Under the pieces are notes generated by a model. The model had not been told where the DNA came from, did not search any database, and was given only the letters and a program-made list of their open reading frames with translations. Below are positions 26,415 through 38,544 of a DNA stretch of 46,530 nt, one piece after another. The position numbers and the translations under genes are program-made. Position 1 is the stretch's first letter. Every line of letters starts with the position of its first letter. The stretch spans positions 38,567,192-38,613,721 of the forward strand of contig NC_068994.1 in assembly GCF_001194135.2 (NCBI RefSeq), in the 5' to 3' direction. The DNA comes from Octopus bimaculoides (Eukaryota).

Positions 26415-26928
26415 AGGAGACAGAGGAAAGTTCAATAGAAAAGGAAGATGGAAGGAAAAAATCAAAAAATTGCTGATTCACATGTTGTTACAGTGTGTGN
26501 NNNNNNNNNNNNNNNNNNNNNNNNNNNNNNNNNNNNNNNNNNNNNNNNNNNNNNNNNNNNNNNNNNNNNNNNNNNNNNNNNNNNNNNNNNNNNNNNNNNN
26601 NNNNNNNNNNNNNNNNNNNNNNNNNNNNNNNNNNNNNNNNNNNNNNNNNNNNNNNNNNNNNNNNNNNNNNNNNNNNNNNNNNNNNNNNNNNNNNNNNNNN
26701 NNNNNNNNNNNNNNNNNNNNNNNNNNNNNNNNNNNNNNNNNNNNNNNNNNNNNNNNNNNNNNNNNNNNNNNNNNNNNNNNNNNNNNNNNNNNNNNNNNNN
26801 NNNNNNNNNNNNNNNNNNNNNNNNNNNNNNNNNNNNNNNNNNNNNNNNNNNNNNNNNNNNNNNNNNNNNNNNNNNNNNNNNNNNNNNNNNNNNNNNNNNN
26901 NNNNNNNNNNNNNNNNNNNNNNNNNNNN

Positions 26929-27134
26929 GAAAAGTTTCTGGCTTTAAGAGTATTGTGAAGGGCCTAGCTGGAGGTCCAACTTCCCAAGGTCTTTCACAGG
27001 GCTTAGAAAAATTGAAGGAGTACTACATAAAGTGGGTGAATCTGAGAGGGGAATATGTTGAATAAAATCATAATTAACTGATTGATCTGCTGTATTTTTT
27101 TTTTACCCAAAGCTAGGAACTTTTCAGCACCCCT
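26929..27134 (+). mobile_element. Mariner-derived non-autonomous element (MITE) with TIRs
   Basis: GAAAAGTTTCTGGCTTT (26929-26945) is inverted at 27109-27125 with 2 mismatches. Internal QGLEKLKEYYIKWVNLRGEYVE* resembles a mariner transposase C-terminus. The left end runs into a gap. Confidence 0.75.
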
Positions 27135-27294
27135 TCTCTCTCTCTCTATATATATATTTAAAACTATCATCTTCATCATCATAATTGGATCTACGGTTGC
27201 CATGGTCACCGATGCATTGAACTTTGTTCACCTAATTACTATTCTTCTGAAAGCGCTATGGATCAGCCTTTGTGATGAAAATGTCATGATGTTG

Positions 27295-27500
27295 CAAGCC
27301 TGTGTCTGTTGCATCAAGCAAGAGAATGTTCAACGCACTTTGCTGTTTGAAGACCTGACTCCAAACTACAATGACACAACATCGTCTAACACACTGTGCT
27401 GTAATGTATGTACATAAAAACTTGTACAATGAAAACACTTTCGGCATACTCAATGAAAACTGCATCACCAAAACTAGCAAGTACAGAAAAAATTTTGGAG
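27295..27500 (+). pseudogene. hAT transposase C-terminal dimerisation domain relic
   Basis: PVSVASSKRMFNALCCLKT*LQTTMTQHRLTHCAVMYVHK matches the PxSxAxxERxFSxLxxLKTxLRSTMxQxRL consensus; one in-frame stop. Confidence 0.75.
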
Positions 27501-27647
27501 TGACTTGAAGCATTACTTTTCCTTGTATAATAATAAAAGACATTATTATACCTGTGTTTGATTTGACAAAATCTTGGCTCTGTTTGTAAAAATATTTTGG
27601 ACCTGAGTTTGTACTCGCTAAGTAAATTTTGTTCCAGGGTCACTGCA

Positions 27648-27678
<31 letters not shown>

Positions 27679-28184
27679 ATTCATATATACATGAAAATAT
27701 TATCAGTGATAGTAAATGTCGTACTATAGAAAATTCTGCTTTAATGAATTAACATCTGACCCATACAAGCATGGTAAGTGGCATTAAAATTATGATGGTG
27801 GAGATGATNNNNNNNNNNNNNNNNNNNNNNNNNNNNNNNNNNNNNNNNNNNNNNNNNNNNNNNNNNNNNNNNNNNNNNNNNNNNNNNNNNNNNNNNNNNN
27901 NNNNNNNNNNNNNNNNNNNNNNNNNNNNNNNNNNNNNNNNNNNNNNNNNNNNNNNNNNNNNNNNNNNNNNNNNNNNNNNNNNNNNNNNNNNNNNNNNNNN
28001 NNNNNNNNNNNNNNNNNNNNNNNNNNNNNNNNNNNNNNNNNNNNNNNNNNNNNNNNNNNNNNNNNNNNNNNNNNNNNNNNNNNNNNNNNNNNNNNNNNNN
28101 NNNNNNNNNNNNNNNNNNNNNNNNNNNNNNNNNNNNNNNNNNNNNNNNNNNNNNNACACACACAAGAGGGTGCTGCTGAAAAGT

Positions 28185-28650
28185 GGTTTCTGTAGTGTAC
28201 AAAATATGTACCAGGAAACATGTATCTTAATCTCTTTTGTATGCCTGAAATATTTCTGCTCATGGTACATGCACCATCAAAGGCAAAAGCAGCATAATTT
28301 TGAGTCCAGATCAATGTTTAGGTGACAAAAAACATCCAGAATAATGTTACTTAGTGTCTCTGAAGTATACTCAGGAGGATATCTTCGTGGACATCTGGTT
28401 TTCAGAAACATAACGACAATAATTGATTCTTGTCCCATGCCAGAGCAATCACATGTAATACCAATAAACAGAGAATCTTCAACCATTTTTCTGATCTCAT
28501 GTAGGGTGTTAAGAGCATATACTTCAAGGATTTCATTTTGTATGGTATCAGATAGGAAATTAACTCTGACTTACTTCTGCACCACATTCTTTGGCAAGTT
28601 CTTCCATGAGATTTATAAAGTTTCCTGTGACATGTGTTAACTTTCTCTTC
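28185..28650 (-). pseudogene. hAT-superfamily (ZMYM1/DUF4371-like) transposase relic, N-terminal and central part
   Basis: Frameshifted pieces GNFINLMEELAKE, LSDTIQNEILEVYALNTLHEIRKMVEDSLFIGITCD and FDGACTMSRNISGIQKRLRYMFPGTYFVHYRNH match hAT motifs GNF, SxxIQNE, DGAxxM and VHCxxH. Confidence 0.75.
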
Positions 28651-29224
28651 AAAGGTGGAACTAGTAAGCTTTTATTTTTTACTAAGGATTTCCTTAATTC
28701 CCTGATCATGGAAGTACTAACCACTATTATCTTTCACTAAGTTTGTTCTTTAATTCTTCGATGAACTGGCAACTAATAATATATTTTATTAAAGATATTC
28801 CTTAATTCTCTCTCTTCAAAGATGGAATAGTTGGCTTACTTGGAAATCTTTGCTCAATGATATATGATCCACATGCCCAGCTATTCTAGGAACAACTTTA
28901 AGAAACTTTATGCATTATTTCTTAATCCTTTATTTACTATAATTACTCTGTAATTATGTTTGAATTAAAAGTTACATGCACTAAAGTGATGCCACATGTT
29001 TTACTTGTTCATCTCTCTTTCTAAAATACATCTACCAGCTCAATGATGAACCACTGATAGCCATCTTTCATAGGCAGCTTCAACAACACCTTTGTTTCAG
29101 CTGCTGTTCAAGCTGGAATTTTAGTGCTAAACCAACCTGAGTACTTATAGTACATACCTATTATATTATCTATATATGTGTGTATACACATGTATATATA
29201 AGTATTAATATTTGTGTTTGTGTA

Positions 29225-29266
<42 letters not shown>

Positions 29267-30093
29267 NNNNNNNNNNNNNNNNNNNNNNNNNNNNNNNNNN
29301 NNNNNNNNNNNNNNNNNNNNNNNNNNNNNNNNNNNNNNNNNNNNNNNNNNNNNNNNNNNNNNNNNNNNNNNNNNNNNNNNNNNNNNNNNNNNNNNNNNNN
29401 NNNNNNNNNNNNNNNNNNNNNNNNNNNNNNNNNNNNNNNNNNNNNNNNNNNNNNNNNNNNNNNNNNNNNNNNNNNNNNNNNNNNNNNNNNNNNNNNNNNN
29501 NNNNNNNNNNNNNNNNNNNNNNNNNNNNNNNNNNNNNNNNNNNNNNNNNNNNNNNNNNNNNNNNNNNNNNNNNNNNNNNNNNNNNNNNNNNNNNNNNNNN
29601 NNNNNNNNNNNNNNNNNNNNNNNNNNNNNNNNNNNNNNNNNNNNNNNNNNNNNNNNNNNNNNNNNNNNNNNNNNNNNNNNNNNNNNNNNNNNNNNNNNNN
29701 NNNNNNNNNNNNNNNNNNNNNNNNNNNNNNNNNNNNNNNNNNNNNNNNNNNNNNNNNNNNNNNNNNNNNNNNNNNNNNNNNNNNNNNNNNNNNNNNNNNN
29801 NNNNNNNNNNNNNNNNNNNNNNNNNNNNNNNNNNNNNNNNNNNNNNNNNNNNNNNNNNNNNNNNNNNNNNNNNNNNNNNNNNNNNNNNNNNNNNNNNNNN
29901 NNNNNNNNNNNNNNNNNNNNNNNNNNNNNNNNNNNNNNNNNNNNNNNNNNNNNNNNNNNNNNNNNNNNNNNNNNNNNNNNNNNNNNNNNNNNNNNNNNNN
30001 NNNNNNNNNNNNNNTTTTAGAGTGCATTCAACATATTGCACATCCAAAGATTTGGCTGTTATTTCTAGGAAGCATATGTAGCATGTGTATGTA

Positions 30094-30136
<43 letters not shown>

Positions 30137-31309
30137 ATGCATGTGTGTTGACACTGAAGGGTGAACAAGAAGGATGAGAGAGAGTACTGAATCCCGAAAG
30201 AATAGTATTATATTATTATAACATATCTATTGAAACTGAAGCATCATGTTTCTTTACTCTGAGTTTCAGGTCTCCAATCATCAGACAAAATTCGAGGAGT
30301 TAATAAAAAATGACTGATTTTAAGAATAGAAAAAAAAAAGGAAGAAAGCTTTTGATTTATTCCAAGTGGAAACATGAATGAATGGATAAATAAATAAATA
30401 AATGAGTAAATAAATAAATATATGAATAATGGTATAATGCGATAGAGTTGTATATACATACAATTAAGTTGGTAATGGTGGAGGTAGGTGATAGACACTC
30501 AACCAAAAAAGGGCCAACCATGTTTAGATACTCAATTATACAAACATAACTACTAAAAGTGTGAAAGTAAGATAAGAATTGGAAAGAAGGTAAGTAAGAG
30601 TGTGAAAAATAAATACAGGACAGAAGGAGTGAAAACATTGCACTAAATTTTTAACTTTTTCAAAAATAATATAGTGATTGAATCAATTCATAAAATCTGC
30701 AGTTTGGAAAGCATGTCAGATAATGTAAGAAGAAGATGAAGAAAGAAGGAAAGAAAGAAAGAAGGAAAGAAAGAAAGAAGGTAAAGAGTAAAATGAAACA
30801 AAGAAGATAAAGATGAGAAAAGGAAGAACAGAAAATGAAATGAGATAAGAAAGTGACAGAAAGGGATTAAATAAGTGAGTAAGAAAGGAGGAGGAATTGT
30901 AAGGAAATTGAGGAAAGGAAAGAAAGAGATTAAGTTAGAGTGTTGGAAGACAAGGAAGTAAGTAAAGAAATCGTTGGTGAGAAAATATAATGTGAAATAT
31001 CGTGAAGTTAATTGACACATTCTTTGTCCCATGCACTCACGCTGTTTCTGCTTACACACTATCTCTCCTCATGCACACACACACACACAGATACATTCAA
31101 CCTTCCCTGCATGCATAGGTTCTGCTTGAGGATTACATTAAAGGTACACATGTCTGTGGAGTACTCAGCCACTTATACACTAATTCAATGAGCCTGGTAG
31201 TTTTATACAGCTGAACACCCAGGGTTAGAAATTTGTCCAAAATCTATCTATCAAATCATGTCTGTCTACCTCTCTTTCTCTCTCTCTCTGCCTGTCTGCT
31301 TTCCTACTA

Positions 31310-31349
31310 ATTACCTACCTACATTCCTACCTACCTACCTACCTACCTA

Positions 31350-31440
<91 letters not shown>

Positions 31441-31470
31441 GTCTGTCTGTCTCTATCTATCTCTCTATCT
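31310..31470. repeat. Compound tetranucleotide array (CCTA)n(CCTG)n(TCTA)n
   Basis: Direct inspection; (TCTA)n also at 22898-22985. Confidence 0.95.
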
Positions 31471-31611
31471 ATATTCACATATTTTTGGGCGGTTTATTTG
31501 AGAAGAGGGAACATTTGCCAATTCCTTTGTAAGCTGAGAATGATGAAATCAATAACATTGATGTTCAGTTTTAACATCTCTACGTTGACATCTACAAGTA
31601 AAAAAGCTATT

Positions 31612-31815
31612 GTTGGTTAATCTCCATGTCAACCGACTGAGCAAACTTATGAATAAAAACACTCCAGCTATGACCATCCTTTCATTTTTCTATATACAAG
31701 GAATCCAGTAAAACATTATACAACAGTCCCTTTTAAAGATGGAAAAGGGTGTGATTTGAGGGAAATTTGGCTGCTATTTCTAGCATTTTCATCGACCATG
31801 TAAGGACCCCTATGT
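31612..31815 (+). mobile_element. Interspersed repeat family E (unclassified, SINE-like); other copies at about 6760-6950, 35110-35310, 37865-38060 and 42955-43160
   Basis: Recurrent collinear motifs cagctatgaccatc...aagatgg...gtgtgatttg...ggctgctatttctagca at five positions, all in the same orientation. Confidence 0.6.
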
Positions 31816-33208
31816 GCAGTGGTTAGTTTGGAAGACCAGTAGGGGAAGACAGAGTATGGGTAATCAGAGAGACAGATGCATTTACCCAGGAAAGCCTGTG
31901 TGGTGGTGGGATGTATATAACTAATTCAGAAAAATAGTAATTGTGGAATATACTAGCAACAGAGGCAATATTATTAGTGAGAGATAATATTTACCTCCAC
32001 TTAAACATGAATGTTCTGTTAGAACAAACTATATGGTGGTAGATATTATGAGAGAAACTCTCATATTAGCTTTTGGTGCAAAATGCACTGTTGTTTATCT
32101 TGTTAGTGGGGAGATAAATCCCCACCAGCTCCAGTGCCAAAACCAACAGATCACGTGATTTTGACCTTCCTTGGTTTCATCAATGATTGACACTTGACTG
32201 CTAGAAATAGTAGTGACTCAATTCCTCACCAGCAATATATAGAAAAACAGTGCCAGAACATGCGCTGATGTTGCCACTAGCCACTGAGTTTGTAAGAAAA
32301 TATATATTAGTGACAGAGGCAGTATCAAAACAGGGAGCTAATATTTATCCCCATGCTTATTTATGTCACCACCGAGGAGATAAATCTCCACCATTTCCAG
32401 CACTGAGACCACCAGGTAGTAGGAACAGATATGCAGAGTGAGGACACATTGTTTCCTGTGGATTAGAAATTATTATGTATTGGTGAGTAATGTTTTATAA
32501 ATTGATTATTTAACCCTAATTTGGATGTGGTCCAGAATGTGTATATGTGTCACAACTGCATCACCTCAGGTGTAGTAGTAGTAGTATTCCACTGAGGGGA
32601 AGGATTAGTAGTGAATTTAGAGAAGAATCTAATATACAAGCAACTAAAGCAGGGCTTTGCCTTGTTTTTAATCCAATTCTCTTCATGATAATTCTTGAGG
32701 CTAATACTTAGAAGCTGAAGTTTTATTGTTGCAAAGAATATATAAGTGAGAAAGTAATTAAAGCCTGGTTAACTTCGCAAAATTTGTTCAAAGCTACAAA
32801 AAGAGATTCAATGTGTGAAAGAACAGTCTAGAATGAAGTGCTTTAACCTTTTTGATACCAAACTACTGGAGAACTCCACTTTCATTTAATGGTACAAATC
32901 TCACATTAAAAAAGAAAAAAACTGATGATGATCATCTTCATTTAACATCCACTTTTCCATGTTTACTTTGGTCAGACGGAATTTGTTGAGAAAAATTTTC
33001 TACGGCTGGATGCCCTTCTTGTCACCAGCCTTCACTCATTTCCTAGCAAGCTAATGTTTCCCAATGGCAATCATATCTTTCACAGAGGGCTGGAAACATA
33101 CAGCCTTCCTTGTATGATGATGTTCATTTACAGCCATTGTGTGATGTCTAAACAAATATACATATGAAAGCACAGATACATATATACATGCATACACACA
33201 CACACACA

Positions 33209-33258
<50 letters not shown>

Positions 33259-34419
33259 NNNNNNNNNNNNNNNNNNNNNNNNNNNNNNNNNNNNNNNNNN
33301 NNNNNNNNNNNNNNNNNNNNNNNNNNNNNNNNNNNNNNNNNNNNNNNNNNNNNNNNNNNNNNNNNNNNNNNNNNNNNNNNNNNNNNNNNNNNNNNNNNNN
33401 NNNNNNNNNNNNNNNNNNNNNNNNNNNNNNNNNNNNNNNNNNNNNNNNNNNNNNNNNNNNNNNNNNNNNNNNNNNNNNNNNNNNNNNNNNNNNNNNNNNN
33501 NNNNNNNNNNNNNNNNNNNNNNNNNNNNNNNNNNNNNNNNNNNNNNNNNNNNNTATATGACAGGCTTCTTTCAGTTTCCTTCTATGAAATCCATGTACAA
33601 GGCTTTGGTTTACCATGGGCTATTATAGAAGATACTCCTTCATGGTGCCATGCACTGGGATGGTTGTCAAACAATTTTCGTAACTCCACAACTGCACTTA
33701 TGCCTATGTTTGAATTAAAACTGTCCATTACTGTTTTACTTTAGAACTGTTTTAAAGTTTTGCTTTAGAAACCGACTTAATGAATTTTAGTTATTTTACT
33801 AAATCCCTTACTAATTTTCAAAATTAATTTAAACGCATAGTGCATTTTATTAAAAAAAATAGGCATAAAAGTGTTAATGATAAACATGCCAAACACTTAA
33901 GTTCTAATTAGAAGTAGAGGGAGCAATACTATGTGAGAAATGGGCTTGCATAATATGTAGGAAGGAAACTGGTAGGAAGTCAATATGTACTCAGCTTATG
34001 ATATGGGTACATGAATGTCACAGTGAGATCTCTCATAAACTGACAGAGGAAATCCCTTATAAACTGACAGAGGAGTGGGATTCACAAATATAATTAGCAG
34101 CATGACCATGGTTCCATTTGGATGAGCTACAGCCATCGTATTGAAGGCAGTGAAGAAAAAATCTAATTAATTAACAATAATGAATTAACAATGTAGTAAG
34201 GAACAGAAAATGTTATTTTAATCTGATTTTCATAAGATTAGGCAACAACTCAAAACAATTTGTATAACCCTCTTTGTCCTTGTCACTTTAGTGAGAAGAG
34301 AATTACTATGTAGATGTTCAATAAGGTACATGATTAGCTGTGAATCATAATTATCATCATAACAATTATGAAGAAGGTACCCAGGGATGCGATCTGCACA
34401 GAAAATAACAGACAAGTTA

Positions 34420-34800
34420 ATACAAGCTTATTGAGTGTAGTGAGGAAAAATATCTTTCTGGGAGTCATATATATGTTCTCCAACTGAAGTGATGTAGCGT
34501 AAAAATAAAAGGCATGGTAACTTGAATGTGAACTGACAGAGAGATGTTTAATGAGCTGTTATGTCTGCTGGTGACAATATGCATATCTTCCCAGGCTAAA
34601 TGTAAACTGAATGACGGGTGGGGGTGAACATACAGCAGCGTAATGATGTATTGTGACAGTGAAACATGGATGACAATATGCTGTAGTTGCGAGGGGTGGA
34701 GCTACAAAGGAGTTGAGTATGAGCCATTGGATGAACCTCATCAGTTTACGTGAAGAACTATGAAGCAATGAGGCAGCCTCTGTATAGTTACTTGACCTTC
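34420..34800 (+). mobile_element. Possible highly degraded LINE fragment
   Basis: gtaatgatgtattgtgacagtgaaacatgg gives VMMYCDSETW, resembling the RTE motif MLYGSETW; nothing else is clearly recognisable. Confidence 0.3.
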
Positions 34801-36036
34801 TAAAAATAACAGCCATGTCTCTCTCTCAATTCCTATTCTACAATTTCAGAAGAAAATTATAGGATAGATAATGCAGTCCTGGGTTCCTTGCACATAAGGG
34901 TAAAAAAAAAAATATATATATGGGGTGGTCACGGCTGGAATGCCTCTGATCATAGATCTGCTCAATCAAGGTTTGCCTGGGAGCTAAACAAAACAATAAC
35001 AACTACAGCAGCAGCAGCAGCGACGACGACAACAACAACAACAGCAACAACAACCACAACTGCAACAACATATGAAAGGCTAACATATATGAATTGAGAA
35101 AGTTATAGTTGTTGTTGTTGTTTAACCCTAGGTCAGCTATGGTCATGCAGGCCTTCCTTTCATCAAAGGTACTTCAATTATGACAACTATGATAACATTA
35201 TTTCAATGTGACTTTCTTTTTTATTTTAAAGATGGTAGAATGTGGTTTTGGAGAGAAATTTGACTACCATCTCTAGCAGTTCAAGTAGCTACATGGAAAA
35301 TGCTTTTCCATTAGCTCAGGAGAACAGAAAGAAGAGAGTTGTGTTGTTAGTTGTTAGTTGTTAGAGGTATCGGTCACAGAGATGACAGCACGGATAGGGA
35401 AACTATTAGTGAAAAGAGCTTTCAGAGCATAAAGACAGATAAAAGAAAACAGAGAGGAGAAAAGGGGGCAAGGGATTATCTGAAAACATTAGGGTTCACT
35501 GAGGAAAGAAATGGCGAATGGAAATAAACAGTGCTGCAAATCCACCCAATACAGAAATGCTAACATTAAAAAGAAAAAAAAAGAACAAAAACAAACAAAA
35601 AAAACATGCATTATGTCAACAACAGCGACTTTGAAGATGATATTGGTGGTGGTGGTGGTGATGGTGGGGGTAGTGGTGTCTGTGGGTGAGGAGGTGGTAA
35701 TAGTGGAGATGATGGTAATGATGATGACAATGATGACGATAATGATGCTGGAAGAGGTAGTAGAACAATTGGGGGTAGTGATAGAGGTTGGTGGTGTGGT
35801 AGGGATGATGATGATGATGACAACGAAGATGATGACAATAATGATGAGGATGATGATGCCACATTGCCACCCCTTCTCCCGCTGATGCCGGATGATTATA
35901 ATAATGGTGATGCTGATGATGGTGATGCTGATGGTGGTGATGCTGATGCTGATGATGGTGATGCTGATGGTGATGGTGATGGTGATGGTAGTAGTGGTGG
36001 TGATAGTTTAATGGAAGTAATGTTGTTGAAACTTAC

Positions 36037-36196
36037 CTGGCAATTCCTCATAGAGGATTGTGTTGCCATCACTACAACCATGGCCACTGTCATCATATGA
36101 CGACATTGTGGACTTCTCACTAAAATGATCAGAAGATGTCAGCATATCTTCTCTTTCTCTGAAATTCTCAGCTGCCAATGAATTATGTAAGGCCAT
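36037..36196 (-). CDS. Pcdh: Protocadherin exon 3 (cytoplasmic, DSGHG / CM1-like motif)
   Basis: Acceptor ctctttattcccttccAG|ATG is phase 0, matching the exon 2 donor. 160 bp encode MALHNSLAAENFREREDMLTSSDHFSEKSTMSSYDDSGHGCSDGNTILYEELP plus 1 nt. Donor CAG|GTAAGT, phase 1. DSGHG resembles the CM1 motif of delta-type protocadherin tails. Confidence 0.88.
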
Positions 36197-36341
36197 CTGG
36201 AAGGGAATAAAGAGACGATGATTACAACTCAATAATTTTAGTTAACGATTGTTTATTAAGGAATGAAACGTCATTATTTAATTGTTAGTTTGAATTTGAG
36301 ATTGATGTGTGTGTGTGCGTGTGTGTCTGTGTGCATATGTA

Positions 36342-36450
<109 letters not shown>

Positions 36451-36806
36451 CATATACATGTATATATATGTGCGTGTCTGTGTCTGTAAGTATGTATATG
36501 TGTATGTATATGTGTATGTGTGTATGTGTGTGTAGGTGTGTGTGTGTGAGGTGTGGCTAGTGGTGTCTTAGGGCACCAGTCTGCAGATTAAAGGGTTTAG
36601 TTTTAATAGTTTATATACTATCAAACTCATTATCAATGTTTGCCTTACTCTACCAGAGCCCCGTTCTTCCTCTGTGATAGGGAGGAAGTGGTTGTTTTGT
36701 AGGAAGGAAATGGATACTTGGGAGTGATCCCTGAACTTTTCAACCAGTGCAGCTGTTCAGGGCTTGAAGAGCCAAGCAGGGACCTTTGAATATCTGATGG
36801 GTTCAT

Positions 36807-36838
<32 letters not shown>

Positions 36839-37324
36839 TGCATGCACTGCACACACACACACACACACACACATGCATGTGTGTGCGTGCATGCATATAC
36901 ACACAGAGACACAGACACACAGAGACACAGACACACACACACTCACATGAATAGATAAATAAATAAAACCACAGATTCCTCAAATTTCAAGTGCCCTTCC
37001 TTTCCTAGAAACCTCCAGCTTGCAAAATCTCTCTTGGTAACCTTGGGCAGAGGTTGTTCTCTGTATCTTACTGACTCTTAATTTTTCTCAATCCTCTGAA
37101 GGATGGAAAACAGATTTCATTAGGGTAGGTTTTTGTTCTCAGAATGCAAAGAGCTTAGAACAAACACTATAAAATATTTCTCTGGGTTTTGTAATGATTC
37201 TACCAATCAACCTCTGTGTCAAAATGACCTAGCAAGAGAAGAAAGCACAGTTTATCATTGAAAGCTACTAAGATGCTATACTGGAATAACACTCTGTCCT
37301 GAATTAATATTAAGGAGATCGATG

Positions 37325-37552
37325 CCTTCAGTAATATTCTTTTTAATTTTGGCACAAGGCCTGCAATTTTGAAAGAAGTGGGATTGTAAGTCAATTGCAT
37401 CAACACCAGTGCTGAAATGGTACTTTTTCATATTGATCCTAAGAGGATAAAAAGCTAAGTCACCATCTGTGGTATTTGAACTCAGAACATAAAGAGATGC
37501 TGCTAAGAATTTTGCCCAGTATGGTAAATGCTTCTGCCAGCTTGCCCCCTTA
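37325..37552 (-). mobile_element. Degenerate SINE family A copy
   Basis: ggcacaaggcctgcaatttt...aaaagctaagtcacc...gaactcagaac...tttgcccag...cttctgccagc is collinear with 25150-25340. Confidence 0.6.
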
Positions 37553-38544
37553 ATATCTCTAGCAGCATTAATTTCCAAGAAGCATCAAGCATGATGCAAT
37601 CTTTTGTCATAAGTTATTAATATCCTGCTGTTTTAAGGAGATGTTACAATTCCTAGGAATCTATATGTGAATGAAATGTTACTACATATCAATACGAGCC
37701 ACGAGTTCCCAAAGTTGATGTTATGACCTTTTACTATTTGTTAGAATTTAGGTAGCAGTGTGAATTAAAGCTCTCTATGCAATTATTCATAAGAGGCTTA
37801 TTATTAACTCCTCAGTATCTATTGTGCTATTATACAGTATTAAATAATCCATAGTTGCTGATTGTTACTGTGGGTTAGCTTCATGTCAGCCCCAATCAAG
37901 CCAACCTATGATCGAAGGTGTTCCAACGATTAATATCTCATTTCATCTATTTTCTATATTTAGGAAAATATTGCCCAATGTATACTTCATTTTTTTTAAG
38001 ACACTAGATGGTGTGATTTGGCTGCTATTTCTAGCAAGTTGAGCAACTGAATATACACTCCTTTATTGACTTTTATATATTTCAGGGTACAGCATTAAGG
38101 CATAGAGACAAAATTGAAAAGGTTTAAGATTCTCTCATGTTGAAAACAATATCTGAGATAAAGACTCAGAAATAAACATTTTGTATAGTTTTGTATCAAA
38201 ATCAATCAAACTATTTGTGCTATGTAAAGGAGCATTGATCTAATAAGAATTCTTAGGCTAAATGAATTAATACAGTTTTTAAGTATTGATGAGTATTAGT
38301 CATATATCGAAAAGAAAGCAAAAAAAGCATCAGCTGTAGCCAATATTGTTATCAAAATTATTGATTCAGTAAAACAGCTCCTTGTTTGGAACCTTAGAAA
38401 ATTGTATATGAGATAAAGTTAGAATTTTACTATAAGACAGAAGAGAACTAATACAGATCTTACTGAAGATTTAGAATTGTCTAATATACATTTTGATCTG
38501 ATTCATGCATTTTATTTTTATTCATGTAGATATTGCATGTTTAC

